Shown here: piece by piece, positions 35,140-40,101 of the stretch
How positions within the stretch are numbered: position 1 is the stretch's first letter
Layout of the letters: every line of letters starts with the position of its first letter
Assembly (NCBI GenBank): GCA_905331485.1
Contig: CAJNYT010002341.1
Coordinates: 69,164-109,264, forward strand
Direction: 5' to 3'
Source of the DNA: Rotaria socialis
Taxonomy: Eukaryota
Length of the DNA: 40,101 bases
The notes under the pieces: generated by a model
The model's database searches: none
Told to the model about the DNA's origin: nothing
The model's input: the letters and a program-made list of their open reading frames with translations, nothing else
Made by a program: the position numbers and the translations under genes

Positions 35140-35147
35140 CTTCCCAG

Positions 35148-35530
35148 GTGAATGAATCCGATCAGATCTTATAAAATCCGACGAGTCGACAAAATTCCAT
35201 GGGATTCCGGGTTGAGGAATTACTAACGGATCCCTAGCGTTGGAATTCGGTGAACATCCGGTCAAATCAAACAACCGAATTCGATAGGAATTTCAGGAGT
35301 CGGATCCCAACGAGGTTACTAAAGGAACCTATTGGGTTTTGACTGGTTCCTGCAAGAATCGATCGAATTCCAACACTAGGGGTCCGTGAGTGGGTCCGCA
35401 ACCCGGATCTACTTAGAATCCTGCAGGAACCGATCGAATCTGGTTGGATCCAGTTATCGGATTGTTCGTCCTGGGTCAGGACGAATATGAGCAATCGGGT
35501 TCTGTATTGGATTGATTCGCCTGAGTTCAA
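35148..35530. repeat. right part of the CGGATC/GACAGT-motif repeat that hosts the hAT insertion
   Basis: gtgaatgaatccgatcagatcttataaaatccgacgagtcgac...ggatccctagcg...gagtcggatcccaacg...gaaccgatcgaatctggttggatccag. It is dense in CGGATC / GATCGAAT motifs. The 87- and 106-aa minus-strand ORFs here have no recognisable domain. Confidence 0.35.
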
Positions 35531-35728
35531 CTGATGATTTTCATTATATTACGGTGCTTTAGTCCTCGTATGAATTATTTTCAAGTGAAACATTTAAATA
35601 ATATGAATATTCAATCGTTTTTACGTACAATTCTGAAGAACACCAATGATGATCAAGTGATTGAAAATTTACGAAACAAATGAATGAATATGAACAATTA
35701 CTTATTCACTTTACAATTAAACGTATAT

Positions 35729-35856
35729 CCAGGTCGATCGTTCCGACCACCGGATACTACAGGAACCAACAGGAAGGATGTAGGAAAACACCGGAATACT
35801 GCTCCCATGTGTCGGTAATTTCCTGTGGGAACCAACCCGTACTTCTCGACCAGGGT
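35729..35856. mobile_element. short MITE of the CCAGGTCGA family
   Basis: ccaggtcgatcgttccgaccaccgg ... ccgtacttctcgaccaggg. The termini resemble those of the 28299-28604 element, and it is GC-rich. Confidence 0.3.
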
Positions 35857-36163
35857 ATAATTGATAATATTTATGTATAGTAGAAATAACTTTTTTTTTG
35901 TCTTCATATTTGTCAAAATCAAAATATAATGTATAGTATACTGTGAGTGAGAAAAGTTATTCCCTCAGCCGTTATTATAAACATAACAGATGCACTTCGT
36001 TCTGTCGCCATCTACATATAATTGGCTTAACCGAATAGATGTTGTGTTGTTGAAAAGGTGATGGATGAATACAATTGGTTAATATACGAATGAAGGAGGA
36101 TGAGGTCAAGGTTAAACAATGGCTGACGAATTCAATGTTGTTTTCTTCGATTGAATCGTACGT

Positions 36164-38540
36164 CCCATGTAAAAATAAATAGGTATTTAACGAAGTGATT
36201 TTCAAAATTAACGAAAAAAACTGCGTTAAACCAGAAATTAACGAAGTTTAATGAAAAGCAATTCATGAAGTTTCGTTATCTTCCACAAACTCGTGAATCT
36301 GCGTTAGGTTTTTCACTGCTTTTTATGCGTTAATGACTTTTTAACAGTTACTAACGCGTTAAATATCATGAAAACTCGCATCTGTTTTCACGCGCGAAGT
36401 AGTTTAACGCGTTTTCTTGAAAATTTAGTATTTTAACGAACTATCATTGATTTAAGTTCGTTAAATTTAAGATATGTTTTCACGCGTGAAATAATTTAAC
36501 GCGTTTTCTTGAATGTTTAGTATTTTAACGAACTATCATTTATTTTAATTCGTTAAATTTTACATATGTTTTCACGCGTGAAATAGTTTAACGCGCTTTC
36601 TTGAATTTTTACTTTTTTAATGAATTATTACCTATTTTGCTTCGTTAATTTTCACATCTTTTTTCACGCGTGAGGTAATTTAACAATATTATTAAATTAC
36701 TTAAATCAACTGCAAAACTCACGTTGTTAAGTATCGTTTATGAATTATGTGGGCAACGAATCTAAATGCCTATGCATATTTGAAGTAAGTGTTTAAATTT
36801 AATTTGACCAAGTCAAAATAAACTGAAATACATCATGAATTTTCTTGAAGCTTAAGATAGCGAAAAAATATATCTTACATATAAGAATAAAAATTCACTT
36901 TGTTTGTTTATTTAACGAGCGTGGAAGTGAATGTACAAAACGATAACATATAAGCGTAGTGGATATGGCGACATCTATTATCAGAAGAGAAACATGATTT
37001 CAACAGATAATTTTAACTGTTGCATATTTGTTGTTTAAGTTCAGAGATTCAATTAAACGAGCGAATGTACCCATCCTATGGAAAATTCACCTATTCATTC
37101 AGTTTCTACGTGATATTATATTGATTATATATAATGTTTCACTAGTGTTTTCCTATTGGTTAATATCTACATGCTTTGTGAACAACCATAGTAGCGTGAA
37201 CGTGAAAGGAGCGAAAGAAAATTTTTTCGTTCATGTGAAGCTTCAATAGCGTAGCGATCAGCCGAATGACACGAAATTAAACAATATTTTAGTAAAATGA
37301 ACAGGTAATTTTTTTTTAATTTTCCCTTTAATGATTAAGAAACAATTATGACGGGTATGTAGGAGAGATAAAAGATTTTTATGAAAGGAGATACTTTTTC
37401 TGTCCTTTTATTCTTGCAGCTTTAGAAGATCATACGAGTTCTTATATTAAATATAGAAGACGACAAATTACTTAGTTAATATTTTAGTGATTGTTTCAGA
37501 CATAATAAGCTTATTTTTTTATCGATTTCCTTAAGAATCGTTAGAAAATATATTCGAATTCGACTAAAACCGCTCGTTCTAATTTAATCACCGATCTATT
37601 TATTATTGTTCATTTTCATTCTCATATCATTAGAATTGACGATTAGCGTGATTCTCATGTAATAATATTTCATTTTTAAGAGTTGACGCCGTTGATTTAG
37701 CTAAGAAGTGCTTAAATGAGTAAATGTAAGCACTTAAAGTTTGCTTTTTTCAGTGCTTAAAAGCGATTTAAATTCTATTTCTAAGCACTTTAAGTTGCTT
37801 AAAAATGTGCCTTTAAAAGCGGTTACATAGCAAATTTTTAAGCTTTATTTTTTTCGCTGAAATTTTCACGTGGGTTCTAGTTTCGCTATCTCTATTTTAT
37901 TCATTAGTGCATGTATATGCCTTAGTGCTGAAAGTTCTTCTTGGCTGTTATCAACCATTTATAGATGATCAATACTTGTAAGTGACTAATAATCCTAAGG
38001 TTTAATTTTTTTTATCTGAAAAATTTAGAAAATTAGTTGCAGTTCAACATCATTCGTAGTCAGTTAGACAAAAAATAAAAGTTTTCAAAGAGTAATTATG
38101 TAAATACTTAATGTTTGAAAACTTTTATTTTTTTGTCTAACTGACAGCGTGCGATGTTGAACTGCAACTAATTTTCTAAATTTTTCAGATAAAAAAATGA
38201 AACCTTAGGAATATTAGTCACTTACAAGTATTGATCATCTATAAATGGTTGATAAAATCCAGTAAGAACTTTCAGCACTAACGCATATACATGCGCTAAC
38301 AAATTAACACGTTTTCACGCGTTTCTCAAAAATGATCGCGTGAACACGCGTTAGAAAACCTAACTTTTAACGACACAAAACGCGTTAAAAAAATTTAACG
38401 CGTTTTCATGTGTTAATTTTAGAAAATTTAACGCGTGTTTACGGTCAAAAAGGTAACATATTTAATCGTTAAGTCGTTAAATTTTTAATGATTTTTCACG
38501 TAAGGATGCTTCGTTAAGTCAATAAAAATTTTTACATGGG
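36164..38540. mobile_element. 2.4-kb non-autonomous DNA-transposon-like element with ~400-bp terminal inverted repeats built from ~117-bp subterminal tandem repeats; CCC...GGG termini
   Basis: Left end is ..atcgt acgt CCCATGTAAAAATaaataggtatttaacgaag. Right end is cttcgttaagtcaataaaaATTTTTACATGGG acgt tcat... The termini are exact reverse complements. The left arm carries ~3.3 tandem copies of atgttttcacgcgtgaaataatttaacgcgttttcttgaat.tttagtattttaacgaactatcatt (36380-36690). The right arm (38290-38520) carries the same TTCACGCG / TTAACGCG motifs inverted. An internal perfect hairpin sits at 37921-38290, and a GTGCTTAAA-motif cluster at 37690-37830. The flanking ACGT is self-complementary, so it could be either a 4-bp duplication or an extension of the inverted repeat. 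Confidence 0.55.
37921..38290. repeat. ~370-bp near-perfect hairpin (arms ~165 bp) inside the 2.4-kb element
   Basis: cttagtgctgaaagttcttcttggctgttatcaaccatttatagatgatcaatacttgtaagtgactaataatcctaaggtttaa... mirrors ...ttaggaatattagtcacttacaagtattgatcatctataaatggttgataaaatccagtaagaactttcagcactaa. The centre is near 38100. Confidence 0.8.
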
Positions 38541-38687
38541 ACGTTCATTTCCTTTGTTTTTCTTGGTTTATCCTCAGAAACAAAACATATGTCAGACATA
38601 GTTGACATTCTTGATTCGACAACAAATAATGGTAACCAACTTCTTTATTTTATTTTTTAATTTAATCCCAATGTTTTTATTTTACAG

Positions 38688-40020
38688 ACTCACTTAATTT
38701 AAATGTTGATGATGATTCTGATGAAAGTAGTGAAACACCATTTCAACGTCTTGTTCGTCTTCATTCTTCACATTCAAATTATAATAAAAGGTCATTAATT
38801 AAATGAAATACTTTGACTGGAATTTTATTTATTTTATTTCTGTAAAATGTAGAAAAAATGCAGTGAAATATATCTTAGATGCCCTTCGATTTGTTAATGA
38901 GCTTGAAAGTTTGTATGAAATTTTATCGTGTACTAAAAAATTAGCCGATGATATTGGTGAGAATTTTTTTAAAATATGTGTATAAAATATAATATCTGTT
39001 GTATTTTAACTTTAGTAACACAAGTTCAAATAGATACATTAGAAAAATTTGTTTCAATTATTGAATATTTAATTGGAAACGTTGAAAATGCTGATATACT
39101 TATAAAAGAATATTTATTTCAATCAATAATTCAAACAATTGGACATTCAAATAATCGAGTTGGTTTTATTTGATTTGAGTTTGAATAAATTATTTTCTTG
39201 TTTTTCATCGCATAGATTCGTAAAGCAAGTCAATCAGCATTAATTCGTTTATTTGAAATGGAACAAATAAAAAGTGATGAAATAGAACAAGATATAATTC
39301 CATCATTATGTCAATTAGAACGAGCTTCTGATGACTTTAAAAATGAATCTATTATTGTACGTTTATTTATCATTTATGTTGAACAAATAATCTGTTTTTT
39401 TTTTGAAAGATATTCTATGAAAGACATGGGTAGTGAGATGTGGTTTTATTTTAATGAATCATCTTACTATTCTGTCTTTCCAAAGAATGTCTTTCGTTTT
39501 ATTTTATTAATTATCTAAGAAAATATTTTATTTTTGTCGATAAAATTAATTCCAGAAAATGGTTGTGTTTATGTTGAATGAATTAAAATCATATCACAGC
39601 CAGCTTTGCTGGAATCAATATGACAAATATATCAAAAGAGTATATACTAAAATATCTTTCTATTTAATTATTCTTAAATTTTTAAATTTATTCTATTCTA
39701 ATCTTGTTATGATATATAAAAAATTGATTTAAATAAAAAAATTTTTTTCTTCTTTAGCTAATGACACGTTTAACACAATATGTATCGAGTGAATTAATAT
39801 TAAAATATTTTGTACCAACAATCGTTCAACAATCATCATCAATCGCATTTCAAACCAGAAAAGTTTGTTTTTTTATTTTCTATTTTTCTATTTTTCTATT
39901 TGGTTAAATTTAAATATAGACATGTGCAACATCAATTGGTGATATCGCAACAGTTATTCCATCAACAGCAGTCGATCAATATCTTGTAATTCTATGATTA
40001 ATTTTTTTACAATGTTTTTT
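38688..40020 (+). CDS. partial multi-exon gene of unknown identity (alpha-helical, possibly ARM/HEAT-like), continuing beyond the window
   Basis: Candidate exons have AG/GT boundaries and AT-rich, lysine- and isoleucine-rich coding. 38688-38789 gives DSLNLNVDDDSDESSETPFQRLVRLHSSHSNYNKR. 38853-38956 gives KNAVKYILDALRFVNELESLYEILSCTKKLADDI. 39016-~39168 gives ..VTQVQIDTLEKFVSIIEYLIGNVENADILIKEYLFQSIIQTIGHSNNR. 39217-39357 gives IRKASQSALIRLFEMEQIKSDEIEQDIIPSLCQLERASDDFKNESII. Further exons lie near 39546-39633, 39755-39862 and 39930-39990. The exact junctions and the identity of the protein are not resolved. Confidence 0.3.
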
Positions 40021-40101
40021 AATAAATTATATCATTTCAATTAAAAGAAAAGATTTTTATATTTAATTTGAGAATGAAAATAATGAATAAATTAAAATTC
40101 G

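Noticed and set aside
34954-35530. Two minus-strand ORFs (106 and 87 aa) near and inside the right end of the hAT element and the flanking repeat
   Set aside because: They span the transposon terminus and repeat DNA. There is no DDE transposase or other domain, so they are not treated as genes.
36160-36163. ACGT as a 4-bp target-site duplication of the 2.4-kb element
   Set aside because: It cannot be asserted. ACGT is self-complementary, so the same observation is explained by the inverted repeat simply extending 4 bp further.
1-40101. Prokaryotic-style systems (CRISPR arrays, operons, defence islands, rRNA/tRNA genes)
   Set aside because: The sequence is clearly eukaryotic (spliced genes, MVP, GH38 mannosidase, PLAC8). 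No direct-repeat/spacer arrays or RNA genes were seen.

Overview
This window is AT-rich eukaryotic nuclear DNA, not prokaryotic, so CRISPR, operon and rRNA searches are not applicable. Genes carry many short introns of about 45-70 nt with GT...AG boundaries, and TAA is the stop codon used. The organism is probably an invertebrate metazoan or other eukaryote that retains a major vault protein gene, but it cannot be named from the sequence.

Host-type genes found, in window order:
- 1.8-2.9 kb: an RNI-like leucine-rich-repeat protein with a Pro/Thr-rich linker.
- 3.9-4.6 kb: an intronless fatty-acid-hydroxylase (sterol-desaturase-family) ORF.
- 7.1-9.0 kb: a major vault protein (MVP) gene whose first six exons are strongly conserved. 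Its 3' half cannot be found and it abuts a 1.2-kb perfect foldback element.
- 11.4-11.9 kb, minus strand: a RING/TRAF-type zinc-finger ORF.
- 13.7-14.7 kb: a Hint/Hog-domain gene remnant with an in-frame TGA.
- 15.7-19.7 kb: a complete 18-exon lysosomal alpha-mannosidase (GH38) gene of 990 codons, modelled here exon by exon.
- 23.2-23.6 kb: an unidentified ORF.
- 24.8-25.7 kb, minus strand: a 4-exon GNAT acetyltransferase.
- 26.4-26.8 kb, minus strand: a 2-exon PLAC8-family gene.
- 38.7 kb onward: a partial helical-repeat gene that runs to the window edge.

From 19.9 to 38.5 kb the window is dominated by non-autonomous DNA transposons. These are:
- several MITEs;
- a Tc1/mariner-like 2.2-kb element with TA duplications and an internal ~130-bp tandem array;
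- a 0.5-kb MITE bounded by a perfect 8-bp direct repeat;
- a 2.0-kb hAT-type element with CAGAG termini and a perfect 8-bp target-site duplication (CTTCCCAG), nested inside another repeat;
- a 2.4-kb element with ~400-bp terminal inverted repeats built from ~117-bp subterminal tandem repeats.

The window opens with a 66-nt poly-C run that is probably an assembly or library artefact. No tRNA or rRNA gene was recognised. All coordinates and splice sites were derived by reading the sequence by hand, and all homology statements are from memory of the protein families, not from database searches.
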